Shown piece after piece: positions 27,447 through 37,098 of a stretch of 55,918 nt of DNA (position 1 is its first letter; every line of letters starts with the position of its first letter). Below the pieces are notes generated by a model. That model was not told the origin of the DNA. It searched no databases and worked only from the letters and a program-made list of their open reading frames with translations. The DNA is from Candidatus Micrarchaeia archaeon (GTDB lineage: Archaea; Micrarchaeota; Micrarchaeia; Micrarchaeales; CABMGC01). A program made the position numbers and the translations under genes. The DNA is taken from positions 1-55,918 of the forward strand of contig JBMFIM010000003.1 in the NCBI GenBank assembly GCA_049976305.1, in the 5' to 3' direction.

Positions 27447-28436
27447 TCAGCACTTTTCAGTCAATTGCAGCTGAAACTGCCCACTGTGGCTATGGGCTCT
27501 GTGAGAGCCCATGCTTATTGCGTTGTAACCCAATCTAATAAGCCTTTTCGCAAACGTTTCGGCGCCATCGCCAACCGGGACTATTGTTCTCGGATTTACA
27601 GCAGAGATGTATTCTAATGCTTGTTTGAAATCCGCATGGTCGCTTAATGCAAACTGAACGCTTGTGCCGAACTTGAAGATCTTCGCCCAGCCAGTGGCTA
27701 CAGCAGTGAAGTACCTTCGAAAGTTGTGCGACATGCTGTTTGCTATCTTTTTCACGTCTTTGTTTGTGAATATGCCTACAAAGTTTCCCTTCAGTTCATC
27801 ACCTGGCAGGTATTGGAAGTAGTAAAGATTTGCTCCATGCCTTGCATAAACCTCGCTTATTTTTGCTATCTCTTCGCTTACCGTTGGCACTATCCCGATT
27901 TCATTCATAATTTTTATCAATTCCTGCGCCTTGCCGAAGGCGTATGCTGTAAAGAGTATGCTGCCGAAATTTACCTTTTGCCTCACATAATGCTGTATCG
28001 CTGTTATCGTTTCGTTTTTGTCGTCAAAATTTATGCCCAACGAGGAATATGTAGAGTCTATTAAGAGCACGTCTGCTTCTACCGTTTCTATCTTGTTGCC
28101 GAGGATTGGCGATGTCATTTGGTAATCGCCAGAGTAAAGGATGCTTGCTCCGTCTAAGCTTGCATAAAGCTGTTTTGACCCGAGCACGTGCCCCGCATCC
28201 AACATTCTGAACTCATTGCCAAGGTTTTCCAGTGATAGTCCTATCTTGCCTCTTGCTTCCATTACTTCTTTTGTCTCTTCGCTTGCAGCAATTTTGGAAT
28301 AGTTTCTTACCTTTCGGTAATGGTCGGAATGGGCGTGCGATACAAAGTTCAAGTCCGGCAACATTTGCGAGAATATGCTGGGGGCTATGCCTGAATCAAC
28401 GTACATCTGGTCGCCAAGGCTACTTAGGAAGTTCAT
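27447..28436 (-). CDS. MBL-fold beta-CASP nuclease
   Basis: SHAHSDH, AGHVLGS, YSGD, IDSTY, GKAQEL, LSDHADF. Confidence 0.9.
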   Translation of the reverse strand: MNFLSSLGDQMYVDSGIAPSIFSQMLPDLNFVSHAHSDHYRKVRNYSKIAASEETKEVMEARGKIGLSLENLGNEFRMLDAGHVLGSKQLYASLDGASILYSGDYQMTSPILGNKIETVEADVLLIDSTYSSLGINFDDKNETITAIQHYVRQKVNFGSILFTAYAFGKAQELIKIMNEIGIVPTVSEEIAKISEVYARHGANLYYFQYLPGDELKGNFVGIFTNKDVKKIANSMSHNFRRYFTAVATGWAKIFKFGTSVQFALSDHADFKQALEYISAVNPRTIVPVGDGAETFAKRLIRLGYNAISMGSHRAHSHSGQFQLQLTEKC

Positions 28437-28531
28437 TTATTAAAACATATCTTTGCTTTTTGAATTGTGTTTGCCTTTCAGTTTTCCATCTACCTGAAAG
28501 GATTAAATAAATGAATTGGTAAAAAATTATT

Positions 28532-29482
28532 ATGGTAGAAAAAATAATCATAATAGGATCTGGTCCTGCTGGACTTAGCGCCGCGATTTATGCAGGTAGG
28601 GACGGTTTTCAGCCTTTGGTAATAAGCGGATATGCAAAAGGTGGCCAGCTGGAGCTTACCACTACTGTTGAAAACTTTCCTGGCTTTCCTGACGGTGTTC
28701 AGGGGCCAGAGCTCATAGAGCTGATGCGCAGACAGGCAGAGAAGTTTGGGGCAAGATTCATAGACAAGGATGTAACAGCTGTGGACCTAAAATCCAGGCC
28801 CTTCAAAATAACAGTCGAGAATGAGGTTTATGAGGCAGATGTGGTAATAATAGCGACTGGTGCAAATGCAAAGTGGCTGGGCTTGGAGTCTGAGCAGAAG
28901 TTCATAGGCAAGGGTGTGAGCAGCTGCGCAACATGCGACGCTCCATTTTTCAAGGGCAAGAAGGTCATTGTAGTGGGCGGAGGGGACACTGCAATGGAAG
29001 ATGCAATCTACCTTACCAACTTTGCTGAGAAGGTAACAATTGTGCACAGGCGCGACGCGTTCAGGGCCAGCAAGATCATGCAGGAACGTGCCCTTTCAAA
29101 TCCTAAAATAGACGTTATTTGGAATAGTGTCGTGCAGGAGATAAAGGGCGACAAAAAGGTAACGAGCGTGGTGCTGAAAAACGTTGTGACAGGTGAAGTC
29201 AAGGAAATGCCCATTGATGGGGTGTTTGTAGCAATAGGCTACGCACCCAACACTAAGCTTTTCCAAGGTCAATTACCGCTTGACGAGCAGGGCTACATCA
29301 TTACGCATGACGAGGTAAAGACAGACATACCAGGAGTTTTTGTAGCTGGAGACGTTGCAGACAAGGTGTACAGGCAAGCCTCTACTGCTGCGGCTAGCGG
29401 GGTAAAGGCTGCTTTGGAAGCAAGGGCATATTTGGGCGAGCTGGAATACTCCAGAAATAAGGCAGGCCAGTCTAGCCAGTGA
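28532..29482 (+). CDS. trxB: Thioredoxin-disulfide reductase
   Basis: GSGPAG, ENFPGF, CATCD, GGGDTA, HRRD, AGD. Confidence 0.97.
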   Translation: MVEKIIIIGSGPAGLSAAIYAGRDGFQPLVISGYAKGGQLELTTTVENFPGFPDGVQGPELIELMRRQAEKFGARFIDKDVTAVDLKSRPFKITVENEVYEADVVIIATGANAKWLGLESEQKFIGKGVSSCATCDAPFFKGKKVIVVGGGDTAMEDAIYLTNFAEKVTIVHRRDAFRASKIMQERALSNPKIDVIWNSVVQEIKGDKKVTSVVLKNVVTGEVKEMPIDGVFVAIGYAPNTKLFQGQLPLDEQGYIITHDEVKTDIPGVFVAGDVADKVYRQASTAAASGVKAALEARAYLGELEYSRNKAGQSSQ

Positions 29483-30545
29483 ATTCGCTAAGCCTTTTTT
29501 GGCCTTTAAACTTCTTCAAGCCAGAAACCCTAACTCCTACTTTTCTGACAAGCTCGTCCCCATGGTAGTACTCGTGCAGCAGCTGCTTTGCGAGCCTTGC
29601 TATTTCTTCGCTCGAGCTCGCCGCATAGTTTATGCTCGTTGATTTCAAATGCTCGTCGAAGTTTGCAAATCTAAGCTTTAGCGTGACTGTAGAAAATGCG
29701 AGGCCCTGTGACTTTACCTCAGCCTCTATCTCCTTTGCCATCTTCTCTATCGCCCTCTCCATCTTCTCAGTGTCTTCGGTGTCGTTCTCGAAGGTTGTCT
29801 CCCTTCCTATGGACTTCACCTCATAGCTTTCCTCTACCTCGCCGTCATCTATTGCGTTTGCGTATTTGTATATCTCAGCGCCGTAGCTGCCAAACATGTC
29901 CATTAGCTTCATAGGGCTTGTGTTCGCGATGTCTTTCACAGTGGCGAAGCCTGCCTGCTTTAGCTTCTCTGCCGTTTTCTTGCCGACGCCGTAGAGCTTT
30001 TCTATGGGCATGTTTTGTATGAACTCCTTTGCTTCGTCTTCCTTTACCAGCTTTATGCCGTTTGGCTTTGCTGCTTCGCATGCCATCTTTGCTATTAGCT
30101 TGTTTGGCCCTATGCCTATGGAGCACGGCAAGCCCGTCTTCTCGGCTATTTCCTGCTTTATCCTTTTTGCAAGCTCAAATGCCTCTTCATAGTCCCTAGC
30201 CCTTTGAGACACGTCTATGAATGCCTCGTCTATGCTTGCCTGCTCAAAGCGGTCTGCAAACATCTTCACGATCTCCATTACCCTGCTCGACATCTGCTCA
30301 TAGTACTTCTCGTCCACTGGCAAAAACACTGCGTCAGGCTTAAGCCTATAAGCCATTGAAATGGGCATGCCGCTGTGTATGCCATATCTCCTCGCCACAT
30401 AGTTGCACGTGCTCACTACGCCCCTTCCTTTCCCTTTCTTTGGATCAGCACCAACAACAACAGGCTTGTCCTTGAGCTCTGGCCTTCTAAGCTCCTCGCA
30501 CGCGGCAAAGAAGTAATCCATGTCTATTAGCATTATAACTCTCAT
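29472..30545 (-). CDS. dinB: DNA polymerase IV (Y family)
   Basis: IDMDYFFA, CNYVAR, SIDEAF, KxxAKMA...KPNG, little-finger SIGRETTF; start ATG 30545. Confidence 0.96.
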   Translation of the reverse strand: MRVIMLIDMDYFFAACEELRRPELKDKPVVVGADPKKGKGRGVVSTCNYVARRYGIHSGMPISMAYRLKPDAVFLPVDEKYYEQMSSRVMEIVKMFADRFEQASIDEAFIDVSQRARDYEEAFELAKRIKQEIAEKTGLPCSIGIGPNKLIAKMACEAAKPNGIKLVKEDEAKEFIQNMPIEKLYGVGKKTAEKLKQAGFATVKDIANTSPMKLMDMFGSYGAEIYKYANAIDDGEVEESYEVKSIGRETTFENDTEDTEKMERAIEKMAKEIEAEVKSQGLAFSTVTLKLRFANFDEHLKSTSINYAASSSEEIARLAKQLLHEYYHGDELVRKVGVRVSGLKKFKGQKRLSEFTG

Positions 30546-30591
30546 TTGCCCACTTGCCTGTTTATAATTCAAGGCTGAGATTAAAAATAGG

Positions 30592-31212
30592 TTATATCTT
30601 GCCCAGGTCTACTTCTTCCACTTCTCCGTTTGGCTCTTTCTCCCTGAAGACTTGGGTAGAGAACTTGTATAGGCTTACATTCGGCCTTCTCCACGTATCT
30701 GTTGGCAGGCCTGCCTTTATACAGACATTGTCAAGGAATTGGCGCGCGTCCCATTTCTCCTCCACTGCCACAATCGGCAAAAGCAAGCCGCTGTGGAAGC
30801 CGTATTCAATAATAAGCCCATCCTCGCCTATTTTTATGCTTTTCTCAATCTCATAAGGCGCGCCCTTTATCCTTTCGGGCGTTGAGAGAATGCTCACTTC
30901 CACGATCAAGTGTTCAAGCTCCCTCTTTGATACTGGCTCGAACCTCGGGTCTTCGGTTGCAGCCGCAATCGCAGCTTGAGGAAGAAGCTTTTTAACAGAG
31001 TCTATCGGCTGTGGGAAGCCTATGCAGCCCCTAAGGTTCAGCTTCGGCAGGTGCGTATATAGGGTGACAAAAATCCCGTGCTTGTCTTCAAAGCCATCAA
31101 GCTGCCTTTCAATAAGCGAGTCCGAGTAATGAGGTGAGGTAAGGAAAAGCTCAATGGCATTGCGAGCTGCCCTTACAAGCTTTTTGCCCTGTTCTAGCGT
31201 GTAGAAGCGCAT
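30592..31212 (-). CDS. AMMECR1-domain protein
   Basis: GIFVTL, LRGCIG, EDPRF, EVSIL, GLLLPxV, CxKAGL. Confidence 0.93.
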   Translation of the reverse strand: MRFYTLEQGKKLVRAARNAIELFLTSPHYSDSLIERQLDGFEDKHGIFVTLYTHLPKLNLRGCIGFPQPIDSVKKLLPQAAIAAATEDPRFEPVSKRELEHLIVEVSILSTPERIKGAPYEIEKSIKIGEDGLIIEYGFHSGLLLPIVAVEEKWDARQFLDNVCIKAGLPTDTWRRPNVSLYKFSTQVFREKEPNGEVEEVDLGKI

Positions 31213-31249
31213 GCAACCAAGAAGCATTAGCATGTGAAATTTATATTGC

Positions 31250-32011
31250 TTATTCAAGATTTGATTCGTATTCCTGTATGCGCTTTTCCAGAGGCAGCGC
31301 AATGAGCGAGTTTGGCACTAGCTTTTTGAACTTGGCAAGGGCTTGTTTTGCCTTGCTAAGCTTGCCGTTTTTTGCGAAGTACTTTGCAAGGTAATAGCTT
31401 GCATTCGCCTCCTTCTCAAGCAATGGCTTTATTGCTTTTTCAGCCTGCTTGGCATTGGCCTCTACCTGGCAAAGCATGTTTGCGTATGCATAAGCCTTGC
31501 CCTTTTTGTCTAGCCTTTCTAGCATTGCCTTAGCCTCAGCAAGCCTGCCGAGCTTTACTAGCGAAACAAGCTCTAGGTAAACAAGCGGCTCGCTTTTTGG
31601 CTCTGGCGCCTTTTCAACTTCATAGACCACTCTGTAAAATCTTTCCCTGCTCAGGCCTTCTAGCTTTAGCGATCTTTCTCTGTTTTCCGCATTTTGTTCC
31701 ATAAACCCTTTTAGAGCATAGTCGATGCTGAAGTAGTAAAAGTCTGAGCAATATTTGTAGATAATTCCCGCAACGTAATTTACAAATGGATCCTTGCTGT
31801 TGCTTGTAGAGTCTGCAAGTTTGCACGCGCCCTCAAAATTGCCGTTTTCTACCATCTCCCTTGCTTGCAAGATGCTCTGCCTTTCTGCATTTGTCATGTT
31901 AAGCTCGTGTGGCGGTATGTTTGCTATATAGCCTTCGCAAAAGCGGCATACGCCTTCACTCTCCTTAAATGAATTGCTGGCGCCACAATAAACGCAGGCT
32001 ATATCGGGCAT
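31250..32011 (-). CDS. Hypothetical protein with N-terminal Zn ribbon and TPR-like helices
   Basis: CVYCG...CRFC; helical Ala/Tyr-rich repeats. Confidence 0.7.
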   Translation of the reverse strand: MPDIACVYCGASNSFKESEGVCRFCEGYIANIPPHELNMTNAERQSILQAREMVENGNFEGACKLADSTSNSKDPFVNYVAGIIYKYCSDFYYFSIDYALKGFMEQNAENRERSLKLEGLSRERFYRVVYEVEKAPEPKSEPLVYLELVSLVKLGRLAEAKAMLERLDKKGKAYAYANMLCQVEANAKQAEKAIKPLLEKEANASYYLAKYFAKNGKLSKAKQALAKFKKLVPNSLIALPLEKRIQEYESNLE

Positions 32012-32057
32012 TTAATCATAGAAGATTTCAACGCAAATATTTCTATCTCTTTTCCAT

Positions 32058-32717
32058 TCATTTCTTTTTCAGCACTACGAAAAGGTGAAGAAGAGAATAA
32101 GGAGAGATATCTATCGCTTCGACAAGGTCGAAAACATTTGCTACTTGGCTTACGAATTCCTTGTAGACCTCTTCTGGTTTTCTTCCAGTGTCTATGCTTT
32201 GGGATTTTATGGCTACGTAGGCATAGCCCCCGCTCTTTAGCAGCTTTGCATTCCTCAGCAATATCTCTGCCTGCATTCTAGATGAAACGTCCTGGTATAT
32301 TATGTCGCAATTGCCTACCTCTTTCTCATACGCTTCAACGTTCATTGCGTCTTGCAGTATTGGCAACATGTTGTCCCTCTGCTCACAAACCTTTACCAAA
32401 TCCCTCATGCTCCTCTCTGAGATTTCTACGCAAAATACTGCGCCTTCTTTGCCGACTATGTCACTTACATGGCTACAGGTAGTGCCGGTAGCGGCGCCTA
32501 GGTAAAGAACGGCATTGCCCTTTCTTATTTTCATGTTTTTCATTCCTTTGATTATTGCAGCAGCCAGCTTGCTCCTGTAAGGGTTCCAAAGCCTGTACTC
32601 CTTTCCTTCTATATTTACCAGCTCTTCTCCATAAACCTTCGTTCCTGGCACAAGGTTGAGCGTAGCAAGCTTGCCGTCTATTCTGTATACGCCCTCAAAA
32701 ATCTCTTCGATCTTCAT
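32058..32717 (-). CDS. flpA: Fibrillarin rRNA/tRNA 2'-O-methyltransferase
   Basis: VYGE, WNPYRSKLAA, LYLGAATGTT.SHVSD, YQDV; start ATG 32717. Confidence 0.96.
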   Translation of the reverse strand: MKIEEIFEGVYRIDGKLATLNLVPGTKVYGEELVNIEGKEYRLWNPYRSKLAAAIIKGMKNMKIRKGNAVLYLGAATGTTCSHVSDIVGKEGAVFCVEISERSMRDLVKVCEQRDNMLPILQDAMNVEAYEKEVGNCDIIYQDVSSRMQAEILLRNAKLLKSGGYAYVAIKSQSIDTGRKPEEVYKEFVSQVANVFDLVEAIDISPYSLLHLFVVLKKK

Positions 32718-32761
32718 GTTATGCTTATTTATTTGCTTATTTTTAATTATTATCGATATTG

Positions 32762-34933
32762 ATGCAGGATTCTGAGCTTTTTGCAAGGCTTCTAGAGATT
32801 GCACCCAGGTCTTCAAATTCTGAAGAGTTTCTGAAAGCTCTACAATCAGAGCTGGTAGGTTTTTTCAACGCCGATGTGGTTATAGCGAAGCCTGGCCAAA
32901 ATCCTGCTTCGCAGTTTTACGAATACTTAGCAAATACAAAAAGCCCTTATCTTGATAATTCGCTGAGCAATTACTCTTCTTTTTCTGAACTTATAAACTA
33001 TTATAACACTGGCTACAAGAGCTGCCTCAGCATACCCGTAGTTGTAGACGGCAAAGTTGCCCTTATTGTTAGCCTACTTTCAAAAAAAGAAAATGCATTT
33101 AACGAGGAAGATGTAAAAAACGCAGAGAAGTTTTGCACATTTTCCGGTTACATATTTTCCAGCAAGGCCGAACGGGAAAGGAGTATAGAGCTTGCTCAGT
33201 TGTTTGATGCCGTATTCGACAATCGGCTTCCGCAGGCAGTTGTAAAAGACAATGGGCAGATAGTAAGAACCAACAAAGCCTTCCTTGAGGAATTTGGCAA
33301 GGTGCAAAAGGAGGTGGAGGGCCAGCTGCTTGGTTCTTTCTTCTCATTATCAAAAGAAAAGCTTGATGAGGGCGCTGTTGAAGCTTTGGCTAAGAATGGC
33401 AATTTCTTCAGCGTTATCATAAGCAGGATAAGGTCTACTCTGCTCCATGTAACTGCGATCAACATAACAGATGCAAAGAGGCTCGAAGCCATAGCAGATG
33501 CAATGGGCGGCGCTGAAAAGGAATTTTATCTGCTTTTGGATCCTCAACTTGCAATAATATGGTGTAGCAACAACGCCAGCAAGCTTGTTGGCGTATCTCC
33601 GGATGCTCTCCTGGGCAAGAAGCTTAATGTGTTTGCAAAAGATCTTAGTCCATGCACATCTTTTCCGTGTCAGCAGACTGTGAATTTTGATTTTGGAAAC
33701 GGAGTAAGCGCGACGCTCAGACTCGTAATCCAGAAAAGTCTAGTTGGCTATGTATGCATTGCCTCAGACAGCAGCTTCGAGAAGTATGCAAACAACATAA
33801 GGAGTTATCTGCAAAGGCTTTCTGACGCGACCTCAGACGGCATTCTCTCTATAGATTCCCTAGGCTACGTTGCAAGTGCAAACAAGCAGTTTGAAAGGCT
33901 TACGGGCTATTCGGGCGAAGAGCTGAAAGGCTCTTTGCTTAGCAACCTCTATGCAGACGAGGATTCTGTAAAGGCCTTCAATACAGCAATAGACTTGGCA
34001 AACGAAAGGGAGCTTGTGGACAATTTGTTTGTCAATTTCAAGACGAAATCGAACGAGGCATTGCCGTGCGAGCAGGCAATGCTCAGGCTTGTCGATGAGC
34101 ACAACAAAACCGCAGGCTACCTTGTAGTGGTCAAAGAGCTCGCAACAAAACGGCTTATAGAAAAGCTTGAAGAGGATTTGGATAGGGCAGAGAAACAGGC
34201 TTCCAACTACAAGTCCGAGAGCGATCTTAAAACACAATTTATCTACAACATATCTCACGACCTCAAGACGCCGCTTACCAACATAAACGGCTTTGCCAAG
34301 CTTCTCAGTGAAGGATACTTTGGTGAGCTAAATCCTGAGCAAAAGGAGCACTTGAGCATCATAATAAGCGAGGCCGACAGGCTCATGCAACTTATTCAGC
34401 AAATGCTCGATGTGGCCAAGCTTACATCTGGAAGGATAAAGCTGGACCTGCAGAAGGTTAACATTGCAGACTTGAGCGACAACCCAAGCATAAAATCTCT
34501 GGCTGAGGTGGCGCAGAAGAAAGGCCTGGCATTTGAGTGGATCGTCGACTACAACGTGCCAGAGATCATTGCCGATCCAAATAGGCTTATACAGGTGTTG
34601 GTCAACTTGCTCAGCAACGCCATAAAGTTCACAGAGCACGGTGGCATAAAAGTGCATGCGCTTAGGAAAGGAAAGAATGTAAGAATAGAAGTGACGGACA
34701 CAGGCATAGGCATAAGCAAGGAAGACAAAGCAAAACTTTTCAGGAAGTTTTCACAGCTTCATAAAGGCCTAGTTAAGCAGGAAGGGTCAGGTACAGGCCT
34801 TGGTCTAGTCATAGCCAAGGAAATAGTGAATCTTCACGGCGGTAAGATCGGCGTAGTCTCGGAGTTGGGCAAAGGCAGCACCTTTTGGTTCACAATTCCT
34901 ATATTTGGTCCTAAATCAAAAGCAAAAGCATAA
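32762..34933 (+). CDS. Soluble GAF/PAS sensor histidine kinase
   Basis: SHDLKTPL H-box, NLLSNAIKF, DTGIG, GTGLGL; PAS-like repeats; no TM. Confidence 0.93.
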   Translation: MQDSELFARLLEIAPRSSNSEEFLKALQSELVGFFNADVVIAKPGQNPASQFYEYLANTKSPYLDNSLSNYSSFSELINYYNTGYKSCLSIPVVVDGKVALIVSLLSKKENAFNEEDVKNAEKFCTFSGYIFSSKAERERSIELAQLFDAVFDNRLPQAVVKDNGQIVRTNKAFLEEFGKVQKEVEGQLLGSFFSLSKEKLDEGAVEALAKNGNFFSVIISRIRSTLLHVTAINITDAKRLEAIADAMGGAEKEFYLLLDPQLAIIWCSNNASKLVGVSPDALLGKKLNVFAKDLSPCTSFPCQQTVNFDFGNGVSATLRLVIQKSLVGYVCIASDSSFEKYANNIRSYLQRLSDATSDGILSIDSLGYVASANKQFERLTGYSGEELKGSLLSNLYADEDSVKAFNTAIDLANERELVDNLFVNFKTKSNEALPCEQAMLRLVDEHNKTAGYLVVVKELATKRLIEKLEEDLDRAEKQASNYKSESDLKTQFIYNISHDLKTPLTNINGFAKLLSEGYFGELNPEQKEHLSIIISEADRLMQLIQQMLDVAKLTSGRIKLDLQKVNIADLSDNPSIKSLAEVAQKKGLAFEWIVDYNVPEIIADPNRLIQVLVNLLSNAIKFTEHGGIKVHALRKGKNVRIEVTDTGIGISKEDKAKLFRKFSQLHKGLVKQEGSGTGLGLVIAKEIVNLHGGKIGVVSELGKGSTFWFTIPIFGPKSKAKA

Positions 34934-34992
34934 TAGTGAATTATTGCCAGCTGCCTTTAGCCATACTTTGCTTTTGCTTGCTTTTGCCCAAT

Positions 34993-35054
34993 AGGCTTTG
35001 TTGATTCGGTAGACTTTATCAACAATTTTAGTACTTGCTTTTTCAACAAAGCCT
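34993..35054. repeat. 12-bp inverted repeat with a third internal half-site
   Basis: AGGCTTTGTTGA (34993-35004) / TCAACAAAGCCT (35043-35054); additional ATCAACAA at 35018-35025. Confidence 0.6.
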
Positions 35055-35120
35055 GCTCAATAGAAAGGTTTAAATACTAAGAGGGCATATGTTTAGCAGA
35101 ACTTTACAGAAGGAACTTCA

Positions 35121-35396
35121 ATGAAAGGAGAAAACAACGCAGGATTTGGTGGAGAAAGAAGGGGGCTAAACCCTAACTACTTCTTGCCAAAGCCTGTAAA
35201 AGTCGGAGACGTAGTAGAGGTAACCATAGAAGGCACAGCCTCGCGCGGCGACGGGCTTGCAAAAGTCAACGGGTTTGTCGTCTTTGTGAAAGGCACAAAA
35301 CCTGGAGACAAGCTGCAAGTAAAAATCGTCGAAGTGCGAACGAAGTTCGCCATAGGCGAACCTGTATCAGCAGCAGCTTCCGCGGCAAGCGCGTAA
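35121..35396 (+). CDS. Single TRAM-domain RNA-binding protein
   Basis: PVKVGD..EVTIE....GDGLAKVNGFVVFV..TKPGD. Confidence 0.92.
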   Translation: MKGENNAGFGGERRGLNPNYFLPKPVKVGDVVEVTIEGTASRGDGLAKVNGFVVFVKGTKPGDKLQVKIVEVRTKFAIGEPVSAAASAASA

Positions 35397-35486
35397 GCAT
35401 GCCCTGAAGCGTGCCTTAGCAGTTTACGGTATTTGAATTTTTTTCTTTTTCTGCTTTTTCTTTTAACCTAGTTTGAAGCATGAAAG

Positions 35487-35570
35487 CGCTGGGTGCGAGA
35501 ATCGAACTCGCGGAGGCCTTTCGGCCAAACAGCTTAGCAGGCTGCCGCCCTACCACTAGGCGAACCCAGC
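35487..35570 (-). tRNA. tRNA-Ser(GCT)
   Basis: GCTGGGT/ACCCAGC acceptor; GCAGC-CTGCTAA-GCTGT; long variable arm GGCC-GAAA-GGCC. Confidence 0.95.
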
Positions 35571-35866
35571 ATGCAGCAGAGCGTGCACTGCACCATGCCT
35601 TCTCCAAAGTTGGCTGCACTAAGGCTCTGCCCTGTATCTTTAGAGCATGGCTGTTTGTACGCAGCCAAGCACATGCTTGGCAGCTGTATACTTAGGGTTG
35701 CTCCTTCCGGCCTAGCCCGGTTTGTATGCACAGCCACCACTAAAGGCAGGGCTTCTTCGCTTTCGTGCAGGCTTTGGAAAAGCACATGGCACTCCGCACG
35801 CATGAGGCTCGCCGAGCAGGGATTTGCGACGTAGGGAAACCCTGAGCTTCCCGCCTTCTGCTGCAT
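35571..35866 (-). ncRNA. ffs: Archaeal SRP (7S) RNA
   Basis: ~296 nt; 10-bp terminal helix ATGCAGCAGA/TCTGCTGCAT; helix-8 motif GGGCTAGGCCGGAAGGAGCAACCC (35695-35718); TATA ~25 nt upstream. Confidence 0.9.
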
Positions 35867-35942
35867 TATTGTATCTCAAACAGGATTATTAAAATTTTCT
35901 TTGTAGTTTGCTTCGCTTTCTTTGTTGTTTTGCTTTTTGTTA

Positions 35943-36470
35943 TCAGCTATACCTCAGGTTTAAGGATGCGACTTGCTGTGTTATCTTGCCATATGAGGGT
36001 ACTGTGTAGTTAAGCCAGAGATAGCCTATAAAGGAGCCGCCTACATAACCCTTTGCGACGCCACCACTGTTGTAGCAGTATAGATTGAAAGTTTGTGCTG
36101 CACCTGGATACAAGATTATGCCTGTGCCTGGAGAGTTGCTTGGCGGGTAATAGGCTATGCTGTTTGTAACATATATGTTGCCATAAGCCGGCTTGTTGCC
36201 GGTAGTGTTTGGCAGAGAAGAGCAGGCTAAGCCCTGTATGTCTATAGGCGTGCCCGTATCCTGTGCAAGGCTAATAGTAAGAATTCCGTTTGTGCTTATG
36301 GCATAATACTGGCATGCAAAGCCAGGCTGCGGCGTACACGTCGAGATTGCCAAAGTCGGCGTCAAAAACATGAGCTTGATCATCACTGCTATGGCTATAG
36401 ATACTATTATGAGAGCTATGCCGTAAGCCATCAGAAAGTCAACAGCGGCTTGTAGTCTCATGCTAAGCAC
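35943..36470 (-). CDS. Type IV pilin-like protein (class III signal peptide)
   Basis: MRL-QAAVDFLMAYG followed by a hydrophobic helix; C-x5-F-x-C motif. Confidence 0.75.
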   Translation of the reverse strand: MLSMRLQAAVDFLMAYGIALIIVSIAIAVMIKLMFLTPTLAISTCTPQPGFACQYYAISTNGILTISLAQDTGTPIDIQGLACSSLPNTTGNKPAYGNIYVTNSIAYYPPSNSPGTGIILYPGAAQTFNLYCYNSGGVAKGYVGGSFIGYLWLNYTVPSYGKITQQVASLNLRYS

Positions 36471-36473
36471 TTG

Positions 36474-37055
36474 CTAAGCTAGATCGTTATACATAGAATT
36501 GTTAAATTCATAAGCAGAGATGTTCTTGCCCTGCTCTATGCCAAGGCTTTTCAGCATATCCTCCTTTGTGTTGAATACATAAGCTCCATCATCTATGTCG
36601 AAATAAGCAAGCTTGCCGTTGTATTCGCAATATACTCCTATCTTCCTCTCCTCATCGTCGGTCTTTATTATCACCTTTGCAGTTACATTGCCAAGTGCTA
36701 TCAGCTCGCTGCAAAGGAGTGTGGCCTTGTCCATCAGGTCTCCGGCTCCTACTGCCAAGGTTTCGCTTGGCATGAGCCAGAATTGGAGAGGCAGGCTCAT
36801 TGTAGCTATGCTCTCCTTTATGTGTTTGTGCAGCATTAGCGCCGCTTCATAGAAGTTTTTATCATATGAGAAGCTTTCAAACTTATTTTTTATGCTGTTT
36901 GCAAAAGCGGCAATCTGCGGATCGTTCGGGGTTATGAGCTTTGGCAGCTCGGCCACGTTGAGGCTTTCGTTTTCCTCTATGTAGTCTTTGTAGCGCATCA
37001 GTATAGTTAGGTAAAGCTTGCTATTTCTTTCGAGCTCCTTGCAGTCGTCTTCCAC
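36474..37055 (-). CDS. Transglutaminase-like domain protein, catalytic Cys absent
   Basis: FWLMPSETL..GAGDLMDKATLLCS compared with canonical WxxPxETLxxxxGDCED.A.LL. Confidence 0.7.
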   Translation of the reverse strand: MEDDCKELERNSKLYLTILMRYKDYIEENESLNVAELPKLITPNDPQIAAFANSIKNKFESFSYDKNFYEAALMLHKHIKESIATMSLPLQFWLMPSETLAVGAGDLMDKATLLCSELIALGNVTAKVIIKTDDEERKIGVYCEYNGKLAYFDIDDGAYVFNTKEDMLKSLGIEQGKNISAYEFNNSMYNDLA

Positions 37056-37098
37056 AAGATTTATTAAAGCATAAGAATTATTACTGTTTTCCTAGCGT

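Noticed and set aside
35416-35866. Several 67-110 aa ORFs on both strands
   Set aside because: They overlie tRNA-Ser(GCT) and the SRP RNA, so they are shadow ORFs in GC-rich structural RNA.
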